Of a stretch of 64,000 bases of DNA, positions 10,994 to 25,205 are shown one piece after another. Position numbers and translations under genes: made by a program. The stretch's first letter is position 1. Each line of letters opens with the position of its first letter. Location: the NCBI RefSeq assembly GCF_030684315.1, contig NC_081376.1:34315608-34379607 (forward strand). Reading direction: 5' to 3'. The notes under the pieces are model-generated. The model saw only the letters and a program-made list of their open reading frames with translations, was not told the origin of the DNA and ran no database searches. This DNA comes from Stegostoma tigrinum. Taxonomy: Eukaryota.

Positions 10994-12779
10994 GTAAAAT
11001 GATTAATTTTTTAAAAAAATTGTATTTCCAATTTTGTGGGGTCACAAGGCTGTCTTATATTGGTGGTAACTCTCATCCCAGGGTGAAGTGTCTGCTAAGT
11101 CCCCACCACCAAGGATCATGCGTATTGTTAAAAGACAGATTAAAAACAGGATGCTGGTTTTAGCTCAAAAAATCACTGAAAATTGACCTGCCATGAACAA
11201 AGATGATTGGCACTCTCTCTTGATGCATTTTGAAGGTGGCCAGAGGAGTTCTGACCTGGAGTCCTAGTCATTATTTACATTCCCAACTGTAATGACTCCA
11301 GTTGATGTTGTTATTGGACAAGCCAGATCCCAGACTGAAATTTGGGTTGCTAGGTCATGTTAATAAGTGTCTTTCACTGAAACCCAAAATCTAATGATGC
11401 AGATTCCAGTTTAACATTAGAACAAGAGTTTATTATACAAAAGAAATGAAGATAAAATAGAATAAATCAAGCTATTGAAATACAACTCAAATTTAAAGAT
11501 TTTGAATGACATGATAAAATACAATCCCGTTCAACTCAAAAACCACTCCTTTACATAAGAGAGAGTTTTCTTCCCTTTAACACTTATAGTTTTTAATTTT
11601 ACTGAGGTTTCGGGTTTGAGAATTTGATAGCAACTTCCTGGAGCTTTCATATAATTTATCTTTGGGCTAATTGATGCTCAAAGTCATTCAGAGTTTAAAT
11701 CAAACACTTCTCATCTGGAACCTTTTAAGCTAAAATTAAACTGAGGCAACCCCTTTCTTAACAGATGTAAAACTACCTGCCTTTCTCAGGAACAACTGAA
11801 TGACACTTCCAACTTCAGGCAAGTCTTTTGCAAACTGCCCCAAACTGAAACTTAAAAAAAAATTTTACCAAGCTGTGCATACTTCACCTATGGACAAAAA
11901 AAAACTAGAATCTTCTATATGAAATTCTAATGTTCGCTTCATTTGCTTGTATGCTTCCCCACTATAAAGAAAACACATTATTCTCCAAAAAGTGTGTCTC
12001 TAATATTTGTGATTTAAAAGTAATCACTATGCCTACAGAAATACAAGTTAATAATTTAAGCCCCGTAAGACATGCAGAAAATTATTACCCGTAGTTCTCA
12101 ATTCAAAAATTCAAACTAAATGATATTAAAGTCACAAAAATCTCAAATCTCGCATCAATGTGACAAAAACCAGATTGTGTTCATAAAATCAGTTTTAATA
12201 GAGCAGAAGGTGGTTATTTACCTATTATGTTGGTCCTGGCTCTCTGCAATAGCAGGTCACCAAGTGTCACTTCCCTGTAGTTCCTTCAGTTTTTTTGTAT
12301 TAAAACCACGGAGCTGCTATTTTGACCAGCATTTTTTTTAAAATCAGGCTTTTTTTTTCAGAACTTTGGTGTGTGCAATGAATGATTTAAATTGATGTTA
12401 AATGTTCCAATCAACCTATTCAGATTCTGGAGCAGGTGGGACTTGAATCTAGATCCCTAAATGCATCCTTCCTCCTCTCAAACCTTTAAAAGATGTTTGT
12501 TAGTAGCAAGGCAAGTGGCGCCAGAACTCACTGCAGAAATACTCCTTGAAGTTTAATTGATTTTCAGAGGATAAATTTACTACTTGCTGAGTGATACCAG
12601 AATCAATTTTTGTTTTGTTTAAGGCACAGATTTAAAGCACAGCAACACAGCTGTTTCACTGTGATCTTGGGCTTCCCTGCAGTGACAGCATTAACCATGT
12701 GCTGTGGAAAATTCTGTTGTTGGTGATTTGTGCTGTGGTTTATTTTGTATTTCTATTTTTAAAGTAGATTTAGAATATA

Positions 12780-13025
12780 CTGATAGAGATTTATAAAGTC
12801 ATGGGGTGGGGTATAGATAAGGTGAGTGCCAGGTGTCTTTTCCCTAGGTTTCGGATTTCAAGACTAGAGGTCATATTTTTAAGGTGAGAGGAGGAAGCTT
12901 TAAAACAGACATGAGGGGCTCTGTTTTACACAGAGAGAGACAGGTGGGACTAGTTTAGTTTGGGATTATGTTCAACATGGACTGGTCGGACCAAAGGGTC
13001 TGTTTCCATGCTGTATGTCTATATG
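12780..13025 (+). mobile_element. CR1 LINE 3' fragment
   Basis: GATAGAGATTTATAAAGTCATG...AAGGTGAGAGGAG...GGGTCTGTTTCCATGCTGTATG. Confidence 0.75.
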
Positions 13026-13795
13026 GCTATATTGAGAATTTTTGTTTTCTATTTTTGTTCTCTGGATTTACTGACCTGGTTTAAAAACAATACACATTTC
13101 TTGCCCCAAGGACATTGAGAGTTAGCCATGTCACGGGGGCAGAGACTACGTGGACACCAGGTCAGGGTGGCAAGACAATAGTTAAATCAGTTGCTGAAAG
13201 AGTCGACGGCAACTCTGTCTTGTCCAGTTCAATTTCTACAAGGTGAGATTTAAACCGATGACTTTTGGACTTTCAATGCAGCACCATTAACAGCCACGTA
13301 CCAAACAGGCGCATGTTATTAATTATAAACAGAAATAGAGACATTGCAGGAGGCCGGTGCCAGAATTGAAATGTAAGACTGTCAGGAAAGACTGAACAAG
13401 TTGGAACTCACTTCGGCAGAAAAGGGAAGGCCGTGGTTTGACCTGATCTTTAGAATTATGAGAATGTTAAAAAAGATAATGGAGTTTTTTCTGCTTGTGG
13501 GTAGACTGAAACAAGGGGTGCATACACGGTACACAATAATAAAATCCAATAGCGATTTCAGGAGAAACCTCTAGCTAGAGATAAAGTGAGAACATAGAAC
13601 CTGATTCCAGAGCTATTGTTCAAATGAGTAAGCAAGATGCTTTTGAGGGAAAGTGGGATAAATGCATGAAAGGGTTAGTGGGATACACTGAGTGTGAGTT
13701 GAGGAGAAGATGGAAAGATGCTCATGTGGCCTGCACCAATGGGTTGTGAGACCTGTTTCTGTGCCATGCATTCAATGTCTCTTTCTCTTCATTGA

Positions 13796-14011
<216 letters not shown>

Positions 14012-14359
14012 TAAAATGAGAACTTCCGTCTCTGTACTAAACAGGACGTCTACAGAAGCATCTGTTTAACTAGGTAATATTTAAAATCCTATCTATCCCT
14101 ATCTGCTGGTCATGATTTTCATACAACTGAATAATGGGTTGAGCTACACCAGAGCCAATCATCCATGTTTAATTGGGACAAAAATTCTGGACTGGGTCAG
14201 GTTAGATATCCTTCCCCAGAGGATGGTCAGATTGTCATGAAAATCTGATAACTTTAGGGTCACTTTTACTGATCACAGCTTTTTATTCCCAATTGAATTC
14301 AAATTTCTAAACTGCTATAATAAGATTTGAACCACATTCGACTGAATTTAAGGGAACAG

Positions 14360-14700
14360 GGGCTATGATAGTAATGACCCTGGACTTGTAATCCTGAAAT
14401 CCACGAAGTTCTTCTGGATATGTGGATTTGAATCCTGCCACAGTAGATGATGAAATTTTAATTCAGTAAAAAGATGGGATTGAAAGTTGGCCTAATAGTG
14501 ACCTTATAACTGTTGTTGATTGTCTTTATAAAAAAAAAACCCCTTCTGGTTCACTGATATTCTTTAGGGAAGGGGAAAGCTGCCATTCTTACCCAGTCTG
14601 ACTTGTATGTGACTTTGGAACCAAAGAAATTGGTTTACTGTTCATTACCCTGTGGGCAGTAAGGAATGGGTAACAAATGCTAGCTTAGCATTTGCCACGT
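14360..14700 (+). mobile_element. SacSINE1-like shark SINE, degraded
   Basis: TTTGAATCCTGCCACAGTAGATGATGAAATT...CTGGTTCACTGATATTCTTTAGGGAAGG, same family as 18700-19010. Confidence 0.6.
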
Positions 14701-15733
14701 TGCTACAGAAAGTTGTGGAGGTCAAGTCAGATATTTAAGGAAGAGAGATTCTTGATTAGTAAGGGGATCAAGGGTTATGGGGAGAAGGCAGGAGAAAAAG
14801 GGTCTGAGAAACATATCAGCCATGATCAAATAACGAATCAGACTTGATGGGCCAACTGGCTTATTCTGCTCCTGTATTTTATGGTTTTGTGGTCACTGCA
14901 CCCCCTCTAGCAAAGGTAGCTACCCATATCTTTGTCACACTAGACTTGACCATTCTAATACACTTTTGGCCGACCTGCAATATTAAAAACATCCAAAACC
15001 TGCTGACTGAGCAGTGGCTCTCGTCAGCTCTCAGTCACCCAGCATCTCGGTGCTTGCTGACCTACACTGGGCGCTGGTTCGGTAGCACTTCAGTTTCAAA
15101 ATTCTCATCATTGTTTTTTGATCCCTCCAAGATTCTAATCTCTCCTTTGACCTTTTGATTATCTCCCCTAATATCTGCTTACAGAGCTTGCTGCTTGGTG
15201 TCAAATTTTGTTTCATAGTACTCCTATGCAGTGTCTTGATAGTTAAATATATTAAAGCTGTTATATAAGTACAATTTTTGTTGTTGTAATGGTTTGCTAG
15301 GCAACCTGATGCTTGCAAGTAACACAGCATTTCTAGATAAAACACTACAGTCATTTAAAGAAGATTTTTGCATGATATTGCATAAAACAAAAGCAAGTGA
15401 ATCAGATGGTAAGATTGTAAAGGTTAGAGACAGAAGAAGACATTAAGCCTGTCTAGCTCATCTGTCCACCATTTCCTTAATGACTCCCCATTTCCATTGG
15501 TTGTCAAGCATCTGTTTAGTTTCCATCGTGAAATCCAGTAAAGCTTCTTGTTCAACCCCTGAATCTGTAATCTGCTTTGCAGACTGATCAGCCTTTTTTA
15601 TAACTAAGACAAAATTGTTGTGTGCGCATTTCCTTTAAGAGCAGATTGTGTAACCAGACTTATGGATTCAGGTGCTGATTTTTCAATGAACAATATTGAC
15701 AAGGCTATGTTACCCTTGTGTTAGTGGTAATAA

Positions 15734-16294
<561 letters not shown>

Positions 16295-17771
16295 TAATCT
16301 TTTAAATAAGTTGTGTCATAAAGATTCTGCTGCTCAAACTGCAAAACCATTGAGCGAAAACAGAACAGGAAACGAAACACTCTCGATCTAGGTTGGAGGT
16401 AAATGGCATTTTATTAAGACAGTCTGTGTGCAAACCTCAGTCTGGATTATTTTTCTTTTCACAGCCTTTCCATCATCTTGGAATGTGGGATTGCCCAATT
16501 TATTGAGCCTCTAACATTCTCATAACATTGTCATTGGGCTGTGCAGTACAGGGTTGTTCAATACATTTGTTACGAACTACATGTGACCACTTCTGTCATG
16601 TGATCTCAATTATCCTATTTGATGTGAACTTCAAGCTTGTGTGTTTTCGTGAGATGAAAAGCAAAGTAAATGTTCATATTCAAATCAGGTTTACTTCCTT
16701 AGTTACTATTTGGTGTCAGCTGTCTGTTGATTAGATCCCTGGCAAAGTCAGCATTTATTTTATTTGTTCTTGAGAAAGTGGTGATAATTTGCCTTTTTGA
16801 ACCACTACAGTCTGTGCAGCATAGGTATACCATCAGTGCTGTTCAGGAAACAGTTCCAGGATTTTGACTGACATTGAAGAAATGGCAGTAGGCTTCCAAG
16901 CATGTGGTGATAACTTCAAGGTGGTGGTGTTCCTATGTGTCGGTAGCTGTTGTTTTCTAGGTGGTACGTTTTGCAGGATTGGAAGGCGCTGTTGAAGGAG
17001 CCTTGGTGAGTTGTCGCATTGCATCTCCTGGATGGTACACACTGCTGCCACTGTGCATTGGGTTGGTGAAGGGGGTAGTTTTTAAAGTGGTGGAAGAGCT
17101 GCTGACCAAGCAGTTTGCATTCTCTAGGATTCTACTGGGGACCAATAAACACTGTTTAATTTTGGTATTATTTTCTAATCAGCTTGGTCAGAGCTATGAC
17201 ATGTCTGGATCAGGTGGGACTTGAATCTGGGACTCCTGGCTCAGAGATAGAGACATTAACACTGGGCCACAAGAGCCCTTCTATTTTTGTTAACTTTTTT
17301 CTCTCTGCCGACCTGTTTGGAGATGTTATTACACACCTTGAAGCAGATGGGTACTTGACTCAGGCCTCCCAGTCCAGGGGTAGGGACTGTACCATGAGTG
17401 CCTCCCTTTTGACTGTGGTATGCAAACTCTTTCCTGGGTTATCGGTTGCTCAAAAGATTTTAATATCAAGTTGACCCTTTATAATCAATTAGCAATTCAT
17501 AATAGACTTCAGGAACAGGTCGAATTTAATTAGTTTAAAGAGAAGATTGAAATGAAGGGAAGCAATGCTGTCTGGATATGACACGATCAGCTCCAAAGAA
17601 TGAAAAATGTGGACTAAACACAGATTGAAATCTTAAATCACAGGTCCCTCTTGCATTGCTGCCCACTGGTTAAGCTTGTTAACTGAGAGTCTCCTTTATC
17701 TTGTCCACGTGCAAGTCTATTAACACTGTCTTGGGAATTCCATTCATTTTAGTTGGTTGGTGATGGCACCC

Positions 17772-17828
17772 TCAGGCATTTTGATAGATACTGTCATCGT
17801 GCTGAGCACCTTGAAGTTGTGTCTCTTG
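17772..17828 (-). CDS. IGSF6: IGSF6 last exon (Tyr motif)
   Basis: TTTGTATTTGTAG| QETQLQGAQHDDSIYQNA*; compare human DNNTYEN. Confidence 0.8.
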   Translation of the reverse strand, partial: QETQLQGAQHDDSIYQNA

Positions 17829-18344
17829 CTACAAATACAAAAGAACAGACATTGTTATGCAGTGACCACATTAGAAATAACATTAAATTAGCCCGACCTC
17901 CCCAACCTGGAGTAGCACCAGACAATAACTGGGTTGAAACTTCTTTACTTGTCCTTGACAGTATTGAGATAAACCAGACTTAGGCAAGAAAATGTTCCTC
18001 ATTGTATTTTGACAAGGTCAGGAATCACGACACCACGTTATAATCCAACAGGTTTATTTGGAAGCGCAAGCTTTCAGAGCCTCGCTCCCCCTTCGGGTGT
18101 TAGTGAGAGAGATTGTATCAGACACAGAATGGAAGAAACTCAAACAACAGAGGATCAGCCATAATCAAATGGAAAGTTAGAGCAGGCTCAAAGGGCGAAT
18201 GACCTACTCCTGCTCCAAGTTTCTGTGTAACGCAAGAAGGACGACGACAATCCAAGACAAAGGAATCTGTTTGATAAACAGCCCATTCACTCCCTCCGCC
18301 ATTAGTGCACAGTGGCAACAGAAGGTACCATCTGTTGAACAGTA

Positions 18345-18650
18345 AAGGTTTTTCCCCCTAGGGTAGGGGAGTTCAAAACTAGACAGCATAGGTTTAAGGT
18401 GGGAGGGGAAAGATTTAAAAGGGACTGAGGGACAGCCTTTTCACACAGGGTGGTGCATATTTGGAATGAACTGCCAGAGGAAATGGTAATACAGGTACAG
18501 TTACAATATTTAAAAGACATCTGGGCAGGTACATGAATAGGAAAGGTTAGAATCATATGGGCCAAACACAGGCAGATGGAACTAGTTGAGTTTCGAAAAC
18601 TGGTCATTGTGGGCGAGTTGGACCAAGGTGTCTGTTCCCGTGTGATATGA
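18345..18650 (+). mobile_element. CR1 LINE 3' fragment
   Basis: TTTTTCCCCTAGGGTAGGGGAGTTCAAAACTAG...TGGAATGAACTGCCAGAGGAA. Confidence 0.8.
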
Positions 18651-18699
18651 ATTTGTACAAAATGCACTGCAGCAACTTGCCTTCCAACTCTCAGCCTGT

Positions 18700-19012
18700 C
18701 GGGGATATTATTGCTGGACCATTTAATCCGGAGACCCAGATAACATTCTGCGGACCCTGGTTCAAATCACGCCACAGCAGGTGGTGGAATTTAGTTGCAG
18801 TAAAATATCTGGAATTAAGAATCTAATGACCATGAATCCATTGTCGATTGTCGGAAAAACCCATCTAGTTCACTGCCATCCTTACTTGGTCTGACGTACA
18901 TGTGACTCCAGTCCCACAGCAATGTGGTTGACTGTCAACTCCCCTCTGGCAATTAGGGATGGGCAATAAATGCTCCCAGCCAGTGGCACCCTCATCCCGT
19001 AAAGAATAAAAA
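18700..19012 (+). mobile_element. SacSINE1-like shark SINE
   Basis: tRNA-like GGTTCAAATC box, GGTGGAATTT...CATGTGACTCCAG...GGGATGGGCAATAAATGC, A-rich end. Confidence 0.7.
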
Positions 19013-19955
19013 TCCTCTATCATCTCATGTGCAGGGGCAGCAAGCAAATGGAGACACCACCTGCAAGTTCCCTTCCAAACCATACACCATCCTGACTTGG
19101 AACTGTATTTCTGTTCCTTCACTATTGCTGGGTCCAAATCCTGGAACAGCACTGAGAGTGTATCAACATCATCTGGACTATACCAGTACAGGAAAGTAGC
19201 TCACCATCGCCTTCCCCAGGGTAATCAGGGATGGGCAATAAACCCTCTGGCCTTGACAGCAACATTTACATCCTGTGAACAGTTTAAACAGAATGTACCT
19301 CTGGGATAACAGACTAATCCTGAGGTGGTTATTTCATCTGATAATGATCAGATGCAGGTATATTGAAACTGAAACTGACAGGCATCTACAAGGACGTTAA
19401 TGAAATAACTCCTCAGAGGCTGGTTTCACTTCACCAAATCACCCTTTATTTACACATGGAAAGAATTTAACATTGATTCAATTTCCTCAGAGCTAGCTCT
19501 GAGTGAACAGAACCCCTGGCACTCCTGTTTATGTGACAGCCAGGGCTTCCTAATTGGACCAGATTAACAGCCCCAGTCGGGGAACTCATATTCTTTGAGA
19601 TCCACCTGGCTGACCTAATTTAAATTACCAGCAGGATATTACATTCAGGAAGGTTTGTAACACTTATCTCATGAGATTTCTTGTCCTAGTTTTCCATCTT
19701 CTCTTCTGAAACTTAACAGTATATATACCTTTCCAGCATTTGTAAGAGGCTGCAATGAAATTGAAAATGACTCCTAAGAGCTCATGCTTAAAAAAAAAAA
19801 ACCACAGGTTGACCTGATTTTAATTCTGTGCATGTGAATTTGTTCAGTTTCTGCCAGTCATTCAGTGCAGCAGGAATCTGCTTCCTCTCATTCAGTAAGC
19901 TCCTTGTACACAGTTTTCTTTCACAAACAAAGGCTATATTTATCCCGATTCTCAC

Positions 19956-20057
19956 CTTTTCTTCATTTACTTCTGTCGCATGCTTTTTATTTCTATACTT
20001 TTTGTTGAATTCCAGTGCAAGGTCCTTGAAAGCTCGGCTCTTCTGTTCTTCATTTGG
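19956..20057 (-). CDS. IGSF6: IGSF6 exon 5 (cytoplasmic)
   Basis: PNEEQKSRAFKDLALEFNKKYRNKKHATEVNEEK; compare human KSARRIFQEIAQELYHKR; CAG| and |GTGAGA, phase 0-0. Confidence 0.85.
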
Positions 20058-20499
20058 CTGTGGGCAGTTAACAGAAAATAGTCAGACAGAAGTTTGGAGG
20101 GACAAACTTTGAAAACATTATTTTGCATTTTGATAGTGCCTTCTGCAATTGCCAAATGTCCCTAAGTGCGTTAAAACTAACAAAGCACTTTTTAAAATTG
20201 TAGACACTGCTGTAATGTAGGAAACATGACAACCCATTTGTACAGAGGAGCTCCCACAGCAGCCATTTGGTATTGACCAAATAATCATTTTTTGTGATTT
20301 TTAAGGATATACAGTGGCTGAGGATTTCAGGGTGAATATCCCTGCTGTTCTTCAGAGTGGTGCCATTTGCATCCACGGGAGTATAGGTGAAGAGAAGGCA
20401 CTTAAAAGTTCCATGTGCAGGAGATCCTCTGGCAGTGCTGCATTCTCTCCCCCCCCCCCCCCCCCCAAAAAAAAAAAATTGCACTGGGAGCTTGATCAG

Positions 20500-20801
20500 A
20501 TTCCCTACAGTGTGGAAGCAGGCCCTTCGGCCCAACAAGTCCACACCGCCCCTTAGACCATCCCGCTCAGATCCATCCCCCTATAACCCACACACCCCTG
20601 AACATTACAGGCAATTTAGCATGGTTGATCCACCTAGCCTGCACATCTTTGGACTGTGGGAGGAAATCGGAGCACTCGGAGGAAACCCATGCAGACACGG
20701 GGAGAATGTGCGGAGTTTGCACAGACAGTTGCCCGAGGCTGGAATTGAACCCGGGTCCCTGGTGCAGTGAGGCTGCAGTGCTAACCATTGAGCCACCGTG
20801 C
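20500..20801 (-). mobile_element. HE1-like V-SINE, full length
   Basis: Reverse complement: GCACGGTGGCTCAATGGTTAGC (A box), GGGTTCAATTCC (B box), CACATTCTCCCCGTGTCTGC V-domain, CR1-like tail. Confidence 0.88.
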
Positions 20802-21199
20802 CTCTTCAGCCTAGATTTGTGAGTTCAGTTCTTCAGAGTGGGACTTAAAGCCTTATTGTACTCCTGAAAGAAAGGGTTCATGTCAGGGTTTGTGGTCAGT
20901 GGCTTGCTTGGAGCATTGACTGAGTGAACAATTATACAATCTCAGATATAATCCTTGCATTTTTCTCAAACTGTGGGCATAACCAAATTGTAAACCTTGT
21001 TCCCTGGCCCCTGCAACAGCAGAAATAGTAAGCTGTGCATGCTTGATTTTAAAAAAAAGTCCTTTTATAACCCAGTACGCTCAATGTGTCCTGTTCTTTC
21101 AGGTCTGCTACCCACTCAGTCCACCCCATCACCCTAGTACCCTCCTGTAGCTATAGCTCTCACAGTTGTGTTTGGAGGGTTTCATCATAATATATGGTG

Positions 21200-22255
21200 A
21201 TGATATATGGATAGAGAACTGGCTAGGCAACAGGAGACACAGTTGTAGTGGAAGGGATTTTCTTAAAATGGAGAACTGTGACCAATGGTGTTCCACAGGC
21301 ATCCGTGTTGGGACCACTGTTATTTGTGATATTCATAACTGATCTAGAGGTATAGATGGTCTGATCAGCAAGTTTGCTGATGACACTACGATGGTGGAGT
21401 GGCAGATAGTGAAGGGGACTGTTGGAGAATGCAGCAGAATAGAAATAGATTGGAGAGTTGGGTGCAGAAATGGCAGATGGAGTTCAATCCAGGCAAATGT
21501 GAGCTGATGCTTTGTTGGAAAATCCAATTCAAGAGCAAACTATACAGTAAATGGAAAAGCCCTGGGGAAAGTTGATGCACAAAAAGTTCTGGGTATTCAG
21601 ATCCATTGTACCCTGAAGGTGGCAGTGGTCAAGAAGGCATATGGCATGCTTTCATTCATCGGACGGGGCACTGAGTACAAGAGTTGGCAGGTCATGTTAC
21701 AGTTGTATAGGACTTTGGTACAGCCACATTTGGAATACTGTGTACAGTTATGGTCGCCACATTACCAAAAGGATGTGGATGCTTTGGAGAAGGTACAGCG
21801 GAGTTTCACCAGGATGTTGCCTGGTATGAAGGGAGGTTGAGTGGATTAGGATTATTTACATTAGAAAGACTGAGGTTGAGGGGGACCTGATTGGGGTCTA
21901 CAAAATCATGAGAGGTATAGACAGGGTGGATAGCAAGAAGCTTTTTCACAGAGCGGGGGACTCAATTACTAGGGTTCACAATTTCAAGGTGAGAGGAGGA
22001 AAGTTTAGGGAAGGTATGTGTGGGACGTTCTTTACACAGAGGATGGTGGGTGCCTGGAACGTGTTTGTCAGTGGAAGTGGTAGAGGCGGGCGCGATAGCG
22101 TCATTTAAGATGTATCTAGACAGATACATGAATGGGCAGGGAGCAGAGGGATACAGATCCTTGGAAAATAGGTGACAGGTTTAGATAGAGGATCTGGATC
22201 AGCACAGACTTAGAGGGCCGAAGGGCCTGTTCCTGTGCTGTAATTTCCTTTGTTC
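21200..22255 (+). mobile_element. CR1 LINE, 5'-truncated
   Basis: [36 protein letters not shown]. Confidence 0.9.
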
Positions 22256-22615
22256 TTTTTTCTATACCTCTGGCCTTTAAATGGGGCCCTGATGGGAAGA
22301 GAAAGAATTGAAAACACTGGCCTGCATTTTAAGGCGGCAGCCAACAGTTACCTGATGAGATTCCGGATGTTAAGAATACTAAATGTGTAGTTTGCTTTTG
22401 TTTGTTGCTTTTTGGATTTTTTGGTTGATGGATGGTTATCTGATGGGACATGGTTGGGAGGGAGGAGAGTAATTCCCTGTTCTTCTAGAGTTCTGACTGG
22501 TGCTTTGTGCCTTTTGGATTGTTACAGCCCAGAATATATAGGAAGATCCTTAAATTGTAACACCGGTCTAAAAGATGGTGCATTTCCTATTAAAAGGATA
22601 GCAATGTATACGTAC

Positions 22616-22672
22616 ATCATTTCTGCTGTGGTTATGATTGGAATTAGCCTGCCGCATCAATCTGATGGTTTG
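22616..22672 (-). CDS. IGSF6: IGSF6 exon 4 (juxtamembrane)
   Basis: TTCTATCCTTCTACAG| QTIRLMRQANSNHNHSRND |GTACGT; phase 0-0 fits both neighbours; sequence similarity to human is low. Confidence 0.7.
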
Positions 22673-23760
22673 CTGTAGAAGGATAGAAGCAATGAGAAAT
22701 GGAGGCTGCACTGTTGACCTTAATTACAAATTTCAAAAGTCCAGTCCTTGCCACTTAAACCATACATCAGGTAAATGACACTAACCAATTTCCGTTATCA
22801 AGCTTGTTCAGTATAGCGTTGGATTCAGGCAGCATTGGTTGTGTTGCTAGACTAGTAATGTAGACACGGTAATTTTCAATACAGTTTGAAAAAAAAAAAA
22901 TTGGAAATGAAAACAAACAACTGGGATCATTAAATGTGACCATGATCCTGTTCATTGCCATCAAACCTGACTGGTTCACTCTCCTCCCTTGGAGGAGGGA
23001 AACTTGCTGTCTTTATCAACCTGTAAATCCTTCCGACATGTACTAATGGCGGGCGGGGAGGGAGTGGAATCCTTGCTTCTCATGAAATGAAGAGGAATTG
23101 GTGTCTCTACAATCACTGTCTGCAGGCCCAGTCTACAGTAAATGTGCAAGTTATCATATTAACCAAAGACTCCTCAGCAGACGAGGTTGATAAGTTTAGT
23201 TGGCTGGACAACCGGTGTGGATCAAATTAGAGACAACACCTTGGAGTTTGACCTCCATTCTGGCTTGAGTAGGTTCAGGACCTACCTCCTTGGCCTTCCC
23301 TTTGGAGGTTGTGGCACTGAATCATATTTGCCTTTGTTTCTTCTTCAGTTCTGCACCCCATGTAAGTAGGGGCATGGAGTACTAAAGCAAGGAATTCAGG
23401 TGAACATCTTATAAAACACTGAAGTGTTGTGTCCACATCTGGGCCACCAATGGAAATGCAAACAAGATTTGTTTGGGATGTTATCTCTGGATGAAGGGCT
23501 CCAGTTATGTGGACTGTTTAGAATCGAGCAGAGAAGGCGAATGGTAGGTTTAATAGACACGTTCAAAATTATTAGAGGATGTTGCTGGAGTAAATAAGAG
23601 AGATAGACAATTAAGATAGACTTGGCAGGATCTCAACATCCTGAGAATGAATTTTTAAAAGAACGTCCCTGAGCTGCCCCAAAATTCCTCTAACTTTGCA
23701 CTTGTTTAAATTCTCCCTGAATGGAAAACTAGAAGTTGAAAGTGCCTTTCAGCAACTCAC

Positions 23761-23852
23761 GACAAGGAGAATGGTGATGCAGATGGTGTATAGGGTGAGA
23801 ATCATTATCAATGTTGATTGGAGCAATAGATCTGATCCTATGTCAGTAGGTC
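23761..23852 (-). CDS. IGSF6: IGSF6 exon 3 (transmembrane)
   Basis: GPTDIGSDLLLQSTLIMILTLYTICITILLV; TTGCAG| and |GTGAGT, phase 1-0. Confidence 0.87.
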
Positions 23853-24179
23853 CTGCAATTAAAAATATACAAATCTCTTAATCTTCACGAGCATATTTAG
23901 TATCAAACAGAAATTATTGTACTTCAGTGGCCATTGTTGCCCAGCTCCTGAAATTACTGTTCTTTACAGGAGCTTGGGCTGAGAATGTGTCCAGTTGGGA
24001 ATTGATAAACTTGACAGATGTGTGTCATTTTGCACACTTTCCTGCTACAACAAATAGCATAGGTAAGAGTCAGCCCAGAGCAGGTAGGTGTTGAGTCAGA
24101 AGCAGTGACAGCTCAGAAACTGGCTATTTGGCCAAACTAGTCCATGTGGGTATTTTACATGGAACGTGGTGCATCACGT

Positions 24180-25205
24180 GGAATTTGCACATTCTCCCCG
24201 TGTCTCCATGGGTTTCTTCCGGCTGCTGTCATTTCCTCTCACATCCCAAAGGTGTGAAGGGTCAGGTAGATTGGCCATGCTAAATTGCCCATAGTGTCCA
24301 TGGATGTGCAGGCTAGGTAGATTAGCTATGGGAAATTGTAAGATTAAAGGCAGGATTCTCGGCAGTGTGGAGGAACAGCGGGATCTTGGTATTCAAGTGC
24401 ATAGCTCCCTCAAAGTTGCCACCCAGGTGGATAAGGTTGTTAAGAAAGCATATGGTGTTTTGGCTTTCATTTAACAGGGGGATTGGGTTTAAGAGCTGCA
24501 AGGTTATGCTGCAGCTCTACAAAACCCTGGTGAGACCACACTTGGAATATTGTGTCCAGTTCTGGTCGCCCTATTATAGGAAAGATGTGGAGGCTTTGGA
24601 GAGGGTGCAAAGGAGGTTTACCAGGATGCTGCCTGGACTGGAGGGCTTGTCTTACGAGGAGAGGTTGACTGAGCTCAGACTTTTCTCTCTGGAGAGAAGG
24701 AGGAAGAGAGGTGACCTGATCGAGGTGTACAAGGTAATGAGAGGCATGGATAGAGTCGATAGCCAAAGACTTTTCCCCAGGGCAGGATTGGCTGCCTCGA
24801 GGGGTCATAGTTTTAAGGTGTTAGGAGGAAGGTATAGAGGAGACGTCAGAGGGAGGTTCTTCACCCAGAGAATTGTGAGCACATGGAATAGTTTGCCAGT
24901 GGTAGTCGTGGAAGCGGAGGCATTAGTGACATTTAAGCGACTGCTGGACATGCACATGGACAGCAGTGAATTGAGGGGAATGTAGGTTAGGTTATTTTAT
25001 TTTTGGATTAGGATTATTCCACGGCACAACATCGTGGGCCAAAGGGCCTGTACTGTGCTGTACTTTGCTATGTTCTATGTTCTATGAAATGCAGGGTTAC
25101 AGGGATAGGGTGGGGAGGGGAGGTATGTCTGAGTGGGATGCTGTTCAGAGGGTTGGTGTCAACTCAGTGGGCCAAATGGCCTGCTTCCACACTCCGGGGA
25201 TTCAA
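24180..25205 (+). mobile_element. HE1-like SINE interrupted by a younger CR1 insertion (~24339-25085)
   Basis: SINE V-domain at 24180-24337 resumes at ~25086. CR1 part reads LYKTLVRPHLEYCVQFWSP...FKRLLD in an open frame and ends in (TATGTTC)n. Confidence 0.85.

Noticed and set aside
11288-12165. Possible solo LTR (TG...CA, AT-rich)
   Set aside because: No convincing TSD, PBS or second copy in the window.
19395-19630. Possible short solo LTR on the minus strand (CCAAT, AATAAA)
   Set aside because: Termini and TSD not clear enough to support.
20720-20801. tRNA genes
   Set aside because: A/B boxes belong to tRNA-derived SINE heads; no full cloverleaf.
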